Of a stretch of 64,000 bases of DNA, positions 1 through 11,442 are shown piece after piece. The stretch comes from Kofleriaceae bacterium (GTDB lineage: Bacteria > Myxococcota_A > Polyangia > Haliangiales > Haliangiaceae), in assembly GCA_965215005.1 (NCBI GenBank), contig CBDCCZ010000009.1, forward strand, positions 1 through 64,000. Reading direction: 5' to 3'. The position numbers and the translations under genes are program-made. Each line of letters opens with the position of its first letter. Within the stretch, counting starts at the first letter, position 1. The notes under the pieces are model-generated. The model searched no databases. It was not told the DNA's origin and saw nothing but the letters and a program-made list of their open reading frames with translations.

Positions 1-14
1 TCGCCGCGGCGGCG

Positions 15-614
15 GTGGTCGCTGTGGCGCTGGTGGTGCTGCTCAGCCGCCTGGGTGGCGACGACACCGCGGCCACCCGCGTCGCTATCACGCCCGAGCC
101 GGCGACGCAGGTGCCCGCGCCGGTCAGACCGGTATTGCGCCGTGACGAACCGCAGCCGACGCTACCGGCGCCCGCGGACGAGGAGGACTTGCAGCGCCGT
201 TACGTGCGCGATGATGGCGCCGAGGTTCGCGATCATCGCGCCGTCCCGGGACCGCCCATGACGGCCCGCGAGACCTCACTGCCGATCAACGAGCCGCGCA
301 AGATGCCGAGCGGCACCATCATTGCGGTACGCAACGCGGTGCGCCCGCACGTGACGCGCTGTGAAGAGCAGCACCGCAGCGGCCTCGGCGCCGGTCCCTC
401 CGCCGCGGTCCAGACCGTGGTCACCGTGTCTATAAAGGATGGCGGGCTCGCCGTGGACGACGTCGAGGCCAGCGTCCGCGACGCCGCCGGGGCCGCCACA
501 GAGGCGTTCCTGGAGTGTGTGCAGGAAGGGATCCGTCGCGTGTCGCTGGTGGTCGATGATGCCGCCGAGGTCGATCGCTTCGCCCTCACGCTGCCTTACC
601 GGCTCGGGCGATGA
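15..614 (+). CDS. Membrane-anchored hypothetical protein with a C-terminal TonB_C/AgmX-PglI-like domain; 5' end probably lies upstream of the window
   Basis: Hydrophobic N-terminus, Pro-rich linker, C-terminal domain with a Cys pair (VTRCEE...FLECV) ending LPYRL. Confidence 0.55.
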   Translation: MVAVALVVLLSRLGGDDTAATRVAITPEPATQVPAPVRPVLRRDEPQPTLPAPADEEDLQRRYVRDDGAEVRDHRAVPGPPMTARETSLPINEPRKMPSGTIIAVRNAVRPHVTRCEEQHRSGLGAGPSAAVQTVVTVSIKDGGLAVDDVEASVRDAAGAATEAFLECVQEGIRRVSLVVDDAAEVDRFALTLPYRLGR

Positions 615-855
615 GTCGCTCGTCGGCTGACGCGACGTGTCGTCCCAGTAACCTGTGCGGCGCGTAAATCCTTGGGAACGGTGGTGCGTTCTGCGCTATA
701 TGTCCGGCGATGCGCAGGGATGGCGGAGCATGAACTATTGCCAGACTTTGTTAAGCCGCTCAGCAGTCGGTATCGAGAGGCATGGTGGTAGAAGCGGCTC
801 CGTGCTCAACACGCGGTTGTTGCATAGAAGCCTTTTCGCTATAGTGCGTCGCTCT

Positions 856-1750
856 ATGAGCGGGACCCACCTTTTCACTGCCGCTTTGCGGTTCCGGTTG
901 ATGCCCGCGATATCGGCAGCCTTGCTGCTCCTCGCGGTCACTGGCTGCCAAGAGCTGAGCTCGAGGCGTCAGGTGCAGGAAGCCGGCGAGCTGTACGCGC
1001 AGGGCGATTATCGCGAAGCGGTCGAGCTCTACGAGCAGGCCCTCGCTCGCACCCCGGATCTCGACGTTGGTCATTTCAACGCCGCGATCACCTATCTAAA
1101 GCTGTTTCGCCCGGGTGATGAGGCCCCAGAGAACCTCGGGTACGCGGAGAAGGCCACCGAGCACTTCGTCGCTTGGCTCGAGGAGCATCCCGGCGATCGA
1201 CCAGTGGTCGGCATGATGACCACCACCTGGCTCGACTCCGGCCAGTTTGACCGCGCGGTCGAATACTGGACCAACGAGCACGAAGAGGACCCAACCGATA
1301 CCGAAACTCTGCAGATCCTCGCCAGCATTCATCGGCAGGCGGGGAACTGGGATGAGTCTGCCAAGTGGCACTTGGAAGAGGCAAAGCTCGAGATCCTCGG
1401 CTGAGGGCAAGGTCAACGCCTATCTGGCGATCGCGAAGATGGCGTGGCACAAACTGGCCAAGAAAGACGAGGTCATCGACCTCGAGCGTCTTCGGGTTGC
1501 AGACGTTGCGATTGGCGCATTGCAAGAAGCTGAAAAGGTCGCCCCAGACAATGTCGAAGTGCAGACCTATCTGGCCGCGATGTTCGATTATCGCTCCATG
1601 GCGCATGGCGCGGCGTGGGCGCAAATCATCGATCGCGCCAACATGCTCCAGCATCAGCTAAAGCGTAACGCGCTGATGGAGACCTTGAAGGAGCAGCAGG
1701 AAACCATGGCGCCGACCGACCAGTCGCCAGCCGACGGCGAGGACGGCTGA
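856..1750 (+). CDS. TPR lipoprotein split by an apparent +1 frameshift near 1380-1400
   Basis: Lipobox-like AVTGC and TPR helices in ORF 655..1404; TPR-like sequence continues in the +1 frame (AEGKVNAYLAIAKMAW...) to 1750; start uncertain (856 or 901). Confidence 0.7.
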
Positions 1751-1776
1751 GGCCGTCGCACAGGAGACCGGTTGCG

Positions 1777-2547
1777 ATGTTCGACAATTACGTAGGCGCA
1801 AAGACGCAGAAGCGGGCCAAGTGGAAGAGCATCTTCCTGGCGGCCTCCATCATCATTCACGCCGTCGCGGTCATCGCTTTGATCGTGCGCAGCTTCTGGG
1901 TCATCGACAAGCTCGAGCCGCCCACCACTGAGTTGGCACTGAGCGTGGCTGCTCCGCCACCGCCACCGCCGCCGCCACCGCCGGCGAGCTCGACCACCAA
2001 GACGCAAAGCGATACGCCCAAGAAGCGCGTGGTCAAAGACGTGGTTCAGCCAACCGAAGAGAAGCCCGACCCCAATGAGATCGCCACGGAAGTAGACGAA
2101 GGCGTCGCAGGCGGTGTCGAGGGCGGCGTGATCGGCGGCGTTGAGGGCGGTGTCGTCGGCGGCTCTCTCGAAGGCATGATCGGCGGCATCGATACCGGTG
2201 CACCACCACCACCACCACCACCGCCACCGCAGCCTCCGCAGGTCGTCAATCAACAGCAGCTCGAGCAGAAGCGAGTCGCTGGCGAGAAGCAGATCATCCC
2301 GGATGACGACGTCAAGCTGCAAATCAGTCGCGCTGGAGCGAGTCGCGTGGTTGCGACCGTCAAGATTTGCATCAATGAAGGCGGCGCGGTCGAGGGACTG
2401 ACGGTGGTGAAGTCCTCCGGGTATCCATCGTACGACCGCAAGATCCTCGCGAAGATGCGCCAGTGGCGATACAGCCCTTACCAAGTTAATGGCAAGGCCG
2501 TGGCAGTTTGCAGCCCGGTGACCTTCATCTACAACCAAACGAACTGA
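1777..2547 (+). CDS. tonB: Energy transducer TonB family protein
   Basis: TM helix with SIIIH motif, poly-Pro spacers, GGVEGG repeats, TonB_C domain (WRYSPY..NGKAV). Confidence 0.9.
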   Translation: MFDNYVGAKTQKRAKWKSIFLAASIIIHAVAVIALIVRSFWVIDKLEPPTTELALSVAAPPPPPPPPPPASSTTKTQSDTPKKRVVKDVVQPTEEKPDPNEIATEVDEGVAGGVEGGVIGGVEGGVVGGSLEGMIGGIDTGAPPPPPPPPPQPPQVVNQQQLEQKRVAGEKQIIPDDDVKLQISRAGASRVVATVKICINEGGAVEGLTVVKSSGYPSYDRKILAKMRQWRYSPYQVNGKAVAVCSPVTFIYNQTN

Positions 2548-2596
2548 GACTGGATCTTTAGGCGAACGACCCGCCGCTCACGCAGAGGTAGCTACC

Positions 2597-3280
2597 ATGG
2601 AAATGAACTTCGCCCACATGTGGGAATCGATGAGCTTGGCCGTCAAGCTCGTCAACATCTTCATGCTCCTGATGTCTATCTGGAGTATCTACGTGATCGT
2701 CGAGCGTTGGCTGACGTTCCGATCGGCCACGAAGCAGTCTTACAGCTACGTGCTCGCGTTGCGCGACTACCTGGCCAAGCGCCGCGTGGATGATGCGCTC
2801 AAGGCGGCGCGTCTGCACCAGAAGAGCCCTGTCGCCAAGACGGTCGAGTCCGGGTTGGTTGCTTACAAGCAGGGCCGCGAGGCGATCGAGCACGAAGGTC
2901 CCGAGGATGTCGGCGATTTCGATGTGGTCGACTCAGTGAATCGCTCGCTCGAGCGGGTCAAAGAGCGCGAGACGGCTGCGCTGCGTAAGGGCTTGCCGGG
3001 CTTGGGCACCATCGCTTCTATTGCGCCGTTCGTCGGCCTGTTTGGCACGGTGCTTGGCATCATCAACGCCTTCAAGCTGCTCTCGGGTGGCGGCGGTATC
3101 GACACCGTCGGTCCGGGTATCGCTGAGGCACTCATCGCGACGGCCTTCGGCCTCCTCGTTGCGATTCCGGCGGCCATCTTCTTCAACTACTTCACGGGTC
3201 GCGTGGAGAGCATGGTCGTCGACATGAACGACGTATCGTCCGAGTTCATCGACTACGTCCTTCGCGAGGGCAGGGTTTAA
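2597..3280 (+). CDS. exbB: MotA/TolQ/ExbB proton channel protein
   Basis: APFVGLFGTVLGIINAF and GIAEALIATAFGLLVAIPA motifs. Confidence 0.92.
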   Translation: MEMNFAHMWESMSLAVKLVNIFMLLMSIWSIYVIVERWLTFRSATKQSYSYVLALRDYLAKRRVDDALKAARLHQKSPVAKTVESGLVAYKQGREAIEHEGPEDVGDFDVVDSVNRSLERVKERETAALRKGLPGLGTIASIAPFVGLFGTVLGIINAFKLLSGGGGIDTVGPGIAEALIATAFGLLVAIPAAIFFNYFTGRVESMVVDMNDVSSEFIDYVLREGRV

Positions 3281-3281
3281 C

Positions 3282-3761
3282 GTGACGGGCGGTGGCGTTC
3301 AGCTTGGCTCGCGCAAGAGCCGAAAGCGCTTGCCGATCAAGAAGAGCGTCTCGCTCGACGCTCTTCGCGCGGAGATCAACGTCACCCCGCTGGTCGACGT
3401 GTGCTTGGTGCTGCTCATCATCTTCATGGTCGTCACGCCGCTGATGGCGCGCGGTAAGGAAGTTGCTCTTCCTGAAACCGTCCACCACCAGACGGAAAGC
3501 GACAAGATGCAGCCCATCGTGGCCGTCGACTTGAAGGGCCGGCTCTACTTCGACACCGAGCCGATGGAAGACATGAAGGCTCTCCAGCGCCGGGTCGAGA
3601 ACGCCTGGCGTGAAACCGGCGGTGACATGCGTGTGTTCGTGAAGGCCGATACCGAGCTGCCGTTCAGCAAGGTGCGTCCGCTCATCATGGCCGTCCATGA
3701 GCTCGGAGTTGCCGGAGTGGATCTCGGTACCCACGAGCTGCGCGGCGGCAGTCAGGAGTAG
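3282..3761 (+). CDS. exbD: ExbD/TolR family protein
   Basis: INVTPLVDVCLVLLIIFMV motif. Confidence 0.9.
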   Translation: MTGGGVQLGSRKSRKRLPIKKSVSLDALRAEINVTPLVDVCLVLLIIFMVVTPLMARGKEVALPETVHHQTESDKMQPIVAVDLKGRLYFDTEPMEDMKALQRRVENAWRETGGDMRVFVKADTELPFSKVRPLIMAVHELGVAGVDLGTHELRGGSQE

Positions 3762-3763
3762 CC

Positions 3764-4210
3764 ATGGGGATCTCCGCCGGCGGCAAATCTGGAGCGATCA
3801 AGAGTGACATCAACGTCACGCCGCTCGTAGACATCGTGCTCGTGCTGCTCATCATCTTCCTGGTAACGATGCCGGTGATGATGCGGCAAATCACCATCGA
3901 GGTGCCACGACAGCTCGATGACGACGAAGCCACGCCTTTGGCATCCAAGCAGATCATCGTCACGCTGGCCGGCGACGGCTCGGTAACGGTGAGCGATGGA
4001 TCCGAAGACAAACAGATCCCGCGCATCGAGCTGGCTCGTACGATCCGACCGATGCTCGAGAGCAAGAAGACTGAGAAGGTCGTGTTCGTCGAGGTCGGCG
4101 ACGACGTGCCTTACGGCGAGGCGGTGAGCGCGATGGACACCATCAAGGGTGCAGGCGCGAGCAAAGTCGCGCTCAAGACCGACGATCCGACCGCAACGCC
4201 GACGCCGTAG
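3764..4210 (+). CDS. exbD: ExbD/TolR family protein (second copy)
   Basis: INVTPLVDIVLVLLIIFLV motif. Confidence 0.9.
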   Translation: MGISAGGKSGAIKSDINVTPLVDIVLVLLIIFLVTMPVMMRQITIEVPRQLDDDEATPLASKQIIVTLAGDGSVTVSDGSEDKQIPRIELARTIRPMLESKKTEKVVFVEVGDDVPYGEAVSAMDTIKGAGASKVALKTDDPTATPTP

Positions 4211-4263
4211 CGCGCGGGTGTCCTGTAGACAGCAGTTCGCGCGTCCAGCTCGTCGTTCGTAAC

Positions 4264-4387
4264 GCGGCGTCCCGGTTCAAACCGCGGGCGCCGTTTGCTT
4301 GTGAGGCGGCGTCCCGGTTCAAACCGCGGGCGCCGTTTACTTGTGAAGCGGCGCCCCGGTTCAAACCGCGGGCGCCGTTTGCTTGTG
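4264..4387. repeat. Three tandem 42-bp palindromic intergenic repeats (REP-like)
   Basis: Units start at 4264, 4306 and 4348; consensus GCGGCGYCCCGGTTCAAACCGCGGGCGCCGTTTRCTTGTG. Confidence 0.9.
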
Positions 4388-4457
4388 GCGCAGTCGAGCC
4401 CAAATGCGCGAATTAACAGCATTCCAGGTAACGAATTAGCCCGTATTTGGAATACCG

Positions 4458-4487
4458 TTGACAACTTTTGCTCCAGATACGTAACCT
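4458..4487 (+). promoter_or_regulatory. Candidate sigma70-type promoter for the lipoprotein-TBDT pair
   Basis: TTGACA (4458-4463), 18-nt spacer, TAACCT (4482-4487) in an AT-richer intergenic stretch. Confidence 0.4.
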
Positions 4488-4550
4488 TTTTCGAAGGTAC
4501 GTGCCACGTGCCCCATCCGATAGCCGGCCAGCCCTGGGAGCATTGACAGC

Positions 4551-5756
4551 ATGACGGGAGCCGGTCGTTTGCGCGGACTGCGCCGGCGAGCCGGGCGATG
4601 GCTCTCGATGATGCTGCTTGCCGTTGGTTGCACGTCCGAGCCAGCGAGCAGCACGGCTCTTCACCCGGAGGGGCCGCCGATGATCTTGCAGGTCTTCGTG
4701 CGCGAGCTCGGCCCGGGCCGACCGAGCAAGCTGGCGTTTGGCAGCCACCCGCAGATTCCCGAAGCCGAAGACGACCGCCGCGTCGAGAACGCTGCCGCGG
4801 CCAACCAGGTGCTGCGGGTCGTCTTCGATGAGATCATTCCCGGCAACTACTTCGAGGAAATCCTCTGTAGGAGTGAGGACGAGAACGGCAACGGCGTGCT
4901 CGACGCAGACGAGAAGGTTTGGGGACGGGTACCGATCGGCACCACTCCTGATGATGTTGCCGCGTGCTCACCGCCCGAGCTCAGTGCGTGCACCGCGGTG
5001 TGTGTTTTCGCTGGCGAGCCGCGGGGCATCCAAGATCTCGACTCTGACGGCGCCATCGACGACACCCGCTTTATCGCCGGGGCAATCGCTCTGGTATGCG
5101 GAAGCATCGAGATAGAGCTCGATCTCGACGGGTCGTACTACAACCCGTCGGGCAATCAAATCATCCCCGCCGGCGATCTCGACATCAACGGCCTTGGACC
5201 CGCGGTCGTGTTGCGTCCACGGCGGCCGCTGCCGACTAGCAGCCAGTGCACCCTCGAATTTGCCGAGTCGGTGGTGGATAAAGACGGCATCCGCGTCTGT
5301 GCTCCCGCTGGCGGGGTCATCGAAGCCGGCTGCACCCCTGGCGACACGAACAACGTCTCGTTTGCCGTCGAACCGCTGCGGCTGATCGCGACCAACCCTG
5401 TAGACGGCGCTCGAGACGTCCGCCTCCTCGGCGACACCGGCCACGCGATCATCACCCTCCGCTTCAACGTTCCTGTCGATCCCGCGACGCTCGCGGGCGT
5501 CGTGGTCAGCGACGGCAACGGCAATGCCGTCGAAACCTCCGTCATGGTCGATCCGGCGCTGCCTGGCGATAGCGTCCCCGTCACCGTTGAGGGCGGCTAT
5601 CAACCCAACACCACGTATACCGTCGCAGTTGCCGCCAGCGTTGCTGATCTGTACGGTGGCACGCTGCCGCAGCCGGCGGCCTTCTCGTTCACGACCGAAG
5701 CTCCACCGCCGGTCGATGCGATGACGGAGCAGCTCGACGCTGGAAGCGGGCCATGA
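4551..5756 (+). CDS. Cys-rich lipoprotein with a C-terminal Ig-like (Big_5-type) domain and EF-hand-like loops
   Basis: Lipobox LAVGC; DENGNGVLDADE and DLDSDGAIDD loops; TNPVDGARDV...FNVPVDP...FSFTT pattern; true start may be about 4608. Confidence 0.75.
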   Translation: MTGAGRLRGLRRRAGRWLSMMLLAVGCTSEPASSTALHPEGPPMILQVFVRELGPGRPSKLAFGSHPQIPEAEDDRRVENAAAANQVLRVVFDEIIPGNYFEEILCRSEDENGNGVLDADEKVWGRVPIGTTPDDVAACSPPELSACTAVCVFAGEPRGIQDLDSDGAIDDTRFIAGAIALVCGSIEIELDLDGSYYNPSGNQIIPAGDLDINGLGPAVVLRPRRPLPTSSQCTLEFAESVVDKDGIRVCAPAGGVIEAGCTPGDTNNVSFAVEPLRLIATNPVDGARDVRLLGDTGHAIITLRFNVPVDPATLAGVVVSDGNGNAVETSVMVDPALPGDSVPVTVEGGYQPNTTYTVAVAASVADLYGGTLPQPAAFSFTTEAPPPVDAMTEQLDAGSGP

Positions 5757-8700
5757 GCGCCCCCGTGCGCGCTGCCCTGCACCTCCTGGCGTGGGTCGCG
5801 TGCGGCTCGTTGCTTTTCGCGGGCCCTGCTCACGGGCAGAGCTCGACCAGCGGCGCTTTGCAGGGCGTCGTGCGCGAGCAGGCCACCGGCGAGCCCATCG
5901 CCGGCGTCACGGTTGTTGCTGCATCTCCGTCGCTGCAACGAGAGCAGGCCGCGATGACCGACGCGGCTGGCGCTTTCAAGATTTCCAACCTGCCACCGGG
6001 CGTCTACGTCGTGACCTATTACTACTCTGACCTCATCGCTCGTCGAACTGAGGTGCAGGTTTCGGTCAACCGAGCGACGCCGGCGTACGTGCAGCTCGAT
6101 ACCAGCCAGGTGGCCGGCGAGGTCATCGAGATCACCGCGAGCGCTCCTGCCATCGATCCCACGTCGACCACCCAGGGAGTCACGCTCGATCAAGACTATC
6201 TGCGCAACATCCCCATGCCGGGTCGCACCTTTGAAAGCGCACTAGACGCCGCACCGGGCGCTGCGAACGACGGTCTCGGGGTCTCGTTTTCTGGCTCGAG
6301 CTCGCTCGAAAACCAGTACGTTGTCGATGGCGCAAATACCACGGGACTCACCTACGGGACCGTTGGCTCGCCGCTGAGCAACGAGTTCATCGCCGAGCTC
6401 GAGATCATCACGGGCGGCTACAACGCCGAATATGGCCGCGCCACGGGTGCGGTGGTCAACGTCGTGACCAAGAGCGGCTCCAACGAGCTTCACGGCAGCG
6501 TGTTCAGCTATGTGACACCCGGCGCCCTCTACGCCGACCGCACGATCACGCCCACGGACGTGAGCGCGCTCGATGGCGAGTCCAACGTCGCCTATCTCGC
6601 AGACGTGGGCGCTGAGCTCGGCGGACCGATCCTCGAGGACAAGCTCTGGTTCTACGTCGGCTTCGTTCCCAGCGTAGCGGTGATGAACGTCGACCGCATC
6701 ATCCGCAGCCGCACCGACTGTCGCATCGTGCTAGGCGACGGGAGCCTGTCTGACTGTCGCCCCGAGACCCCGGCCAACGGCGGCTATCGCGACGGCTTTC
6801 CCGATCGCGATCCCGACAGCGGCTTCTTCATCACCGAGCTGGTAGAGAGCCAGCGGCTCCGCGAAGAGTCGCGTTCCTACCTGTGGTTTTCCAAGCTCAG
6901 CTTTGCGGTGTCGCCGGAGCATCAAGGTAGCCTGAGCATGACCGGCACCGCACAAGACCGCGAGATCATCGGCGTGTTCGGCGCTCCGGGCGCGACCCGC
7001 TTCGACATCGAGTCACTCAGCACCGACGTAGCCGGCAAGTGGAGCTCCAAGCTCAACGATAACAACACCGAGCTCGAGGCGCTCATTGGCTGGCATCGCT
7101 CGAGCGCGGTCGGCAATTCGCTCGACGATAGCGTCAACGATCAGCCGCAGCTGACCCTGCGGTATGGAACTCTGGGTAATTGGGCGGGGCTCGGCTTTGA
7201 GTCGCAAGCGGTCGCCACTGCGTGCGCCGACGGTGGTCCAAGCGATCGCTATCCCAACATCCTCAACTGTCCCGATGCGGGCCGCGGCTATCGCATCGGC
7301 GGCCCAGGCGGTGTTCTCGACGATGTCGAGTCGCGGCTCAGCGCCAAACTGTCGGCAACCCAACGACTCCGAGCGCTGGGAGGGCACGAGCTCAAAGCCG
7401 GCATCGACGTCGAGGACAACCGACTCGACCGGCTGCGCGCTTACTCTGGCGGCGCGCTCTATGATCAAGTCGTCGATAATCCTTTCGGCGAGGTGGAGGT
7501 GGTGCGCGTCGATCGCTGGGTGCAGCTGGCGCCGGCGGCAGCCACGGATCCGCGGTTTGACAACAACTGCGCCTCACTGGAAGAAGCCGCGAGCGCCGCG
7601 GCTGCTCTGCCTTGCGACTTCATCAATGGTCAGGAAGTGGCGGGCAACACGGTCAATTGGTCGACTTACCTGCGCGATTCTTGGCAGCTCCTGGCCAACC
7701 TGACGCTCAACGTTGGGTTGCGCTATGAGGAGCAGCGGCTGCGGTTTGCTGAGACGTTGCAGGGAACGATCGATCCTCGCAGCGGCCTTCCGCGCGGCGA
7801 CAACGCGATGGTGCTTCGCAACATGTGGGCGCCTCGCTTGGGTCTTATCTACGACTGGACCAAAGAAGGTCGCTCGAAGATCTATGGCAGCTGGGGGCGC
7901 TTCTACGAGTCCATCCCCATGGACATCAACGATCGCTCGTTCGGCGGCGAGGCGTTCCTCCGGCAGCGGTATTCTCCTGCGCAGTGCGGCGCGGCTGTCG
8001 ACGCGATTGGCGGCCCCGACCCGCTGGCGTGTCCCCTCGCAGATGAGACGCCGCAGAATGGCCAGACGCTGTTTGGCGCGGGGACATTGGTCGCTCCGGG
8101 CATCCGGGCGCAGTATCTCGATGAGATGCTCGTCGGGATCGAGTACGAAGTGCTCAATGATCTGACGGTGGGGCTTTCCGTTCAGCATCGGCGTCTGGGG
8201 CGAATCCTCGAAGACGTGTCGGTCGATAATGCCGCAACGTATATCATCGCCAACCCAGGCGAGCTCGACGAGGATCAGGAGTCCGAGCTCGAAGAATCCA
8301 TTGCCGCCGCTGAAGCCGCCGGCGATGGTGCCACCGCCGAGCGCCTTCGCGGCCAGCTCGAGCAATATCGCGGCATTCGGCTATTCGACAAGCCGCGCCG
8401 CGACTATCACGCGATGGCGCTCACCGCCATTGCCCGCGTCACCCGCGATTGGCTTGCAGACTTCTCCTATACGTATTCGCGACTTCGCGGCAATTATCCC
8501 GGCCTCTTCTCCGCCGACAACGGTCAGGTCGATCCCAACATCAGCTCGCAGTTCGACCTGTTGGAGCTGCTCGCCAATCGCGACGGCCCGCTTCCGGCGG
8601 ATCGGCCGCACTACGTCAAGCTCGCTACCTACTACACCGTCGGGCTGGGACGAATTGGCGAGCTGATTCCCGGAGTCCGATTCCGCGCGCTCTCCGGCAC

Positions 8701-9094
8701 GCCGGTGGATGCGCTGGCGCGTCATTATCTTTACGGTCCCAACGAGTCGTTTCTGCTGCCGCGGGGCGCGATCGGCCGAACCGGCTTTGACACCAGTATC
8801 GATGTGCAGCTGAAGTACCGCCGCGAGCTCGGCCGCCTCATGCAGCTCGAAGTGTTCACCGATGTATTCAACCTGCTCAACCGCCAGAGCGTCGCGCTGT
8901 TCGACGAGGCGTACACCTATGAGGCGGCCAATCCGGTGGTTGGCGGCGAGTACGAAGATCTCCTCTGGGTCAAGCGACAGAGTCCCAGCGGTGCCGAGCT
9001 GTCGCGCCCGATCGGCCGCAATCCCAACTTCGGCAACCCGGCAGCCCGCTACGCGCCCTTGTATGTTCGCTTTGGCGCCCGCCTGAGCTTCTGA
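5753..9094 (+). CDS. Oar-like TonB-dependent transporter with an N-terminal carboxypeptidase-regulatory-like domain
   Basis: Signal peptide; GEPIAGVTV...NLPPGVY domain; plug motif TGGYNAEYGRATGAVVNVVTKSGSN; APRLG; C-terminal FGARLSF. Confidence 0.92.
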   Translation: MSAPVRAALHLLAWVACGSLLFAGPAHGQSSTSGALQGVVREQATGEPIAGVTVVAASPSLQREQAAMTDAAGAFKISNLPPGVYVVTYYYSDLIARRTEVQVSVNRATPAYVQLDTSQVAGEVIEITASAPAIDPTSTTQGVTLDQDYLRNIPMPGRTFESALDAAPGAANDGLGVSFSGSSSLENQYVVDGANTTGLTYGTVGSPLSNEFIAELEIITGGYNAEYGRATGAVVNVVTKSGSNELHGSVFSYVTPGALYADRTITPTDVSALDGESNVAYLADVGAELGGPILEDKLWFYVGFVPSVAVMNVDRIIRSRTDCRIVLGDGSLSDCRPETPANGGYRDGFPDRDPDSGFFITELVESQRLREESRSYLWFSKLSFAVSPEHQGSLSMTGTAQDREIIGVFGAPGATRFDIESLSTDVAGKWSSKLNDNNTELEALIGWHRSSAVGNSLDDSVNDQPQLTLRYGTLGNWAGLGFESQAVATACADGGPSDRYPNILNCPDAGRGYRIGGPGGVLDDVESRLSAKLSATQRLRALGGHELKAGIDVEDNRLDRLRAYSGGALYDQVVDNPFGEVEVVRVDRWVQLAPAAATDPRFDNNCASLEEAASAAAALPCDFINGQEVAGNTVNWSTYLRDSWQLLANLTLNVGLRYEEQRLRFAETLQGTIDPRSGLPRGDNAMVLRNMWAPRLGLIYDWTKEGRSKIYGSWGRFYESIPMDINDRSFGGEAFLRQRYSPAQCGAAVDAIGGPDPLACPLADETPQNGQTLFGAGTLVAPGIRAQYLDEMLVGIEYEVLNDLTVGLSVQHRRLGRILEDVSVDNAATYIIANPGELDEDQESELEESIAAAEAAGDGATAERLRGQLEQYRGIRLFDKPRRDYHAMALTAIARVTRDWLADFSYTYSRLRGNYPGLFSADNGQVDPNISSQFDLLELLANRDGPLPADRPHYVKLATYYTVGLGRIGELIPGVRFRALSGTPVDALARHYLYGPNESFLLPRGAIGRTGFDTSIDVQLKYRRELGRLMQLEVFTDVFNLLNRQSVALFDEAYTYEAANPVVGGEYEDLLWVKRQSPSGAELSRPIGRNPNFGNPAARYAPLYVRFGARLSF

Positions 9095-9157
9095 GCGCCG
9101 CAGCGAGCCCGGCGTTGCAGGTCGGCCTCGTCGCAGGGGTGTGCTAGAACCGCGCAA

Positions 9158-11413
<2,256 letters not shown>

Positions 11414-11442
11414 GCGCCGGCTTCACCACCTGCGGCTGCTTC

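Noticed and set aside
2198..2401. Poly-His ORF and CCA tandem repeat
   Set aside because: Alternate frame of the TonB poly-proline linker
1777..4210. Assignment as the AglRQS gliding motor or Tol-Pal
   Set aside because: No tolB/pal or glt genes adjacent, and the neighbouring TBDT favours TonB-ExbBD; phylogeny is needed to exclude it fully
4264..4387. CRISPR array or tRNA gene
   Set aside because: Units are contiguous with no unique spacers, there are no cas genes, and no full cloverleaf is present
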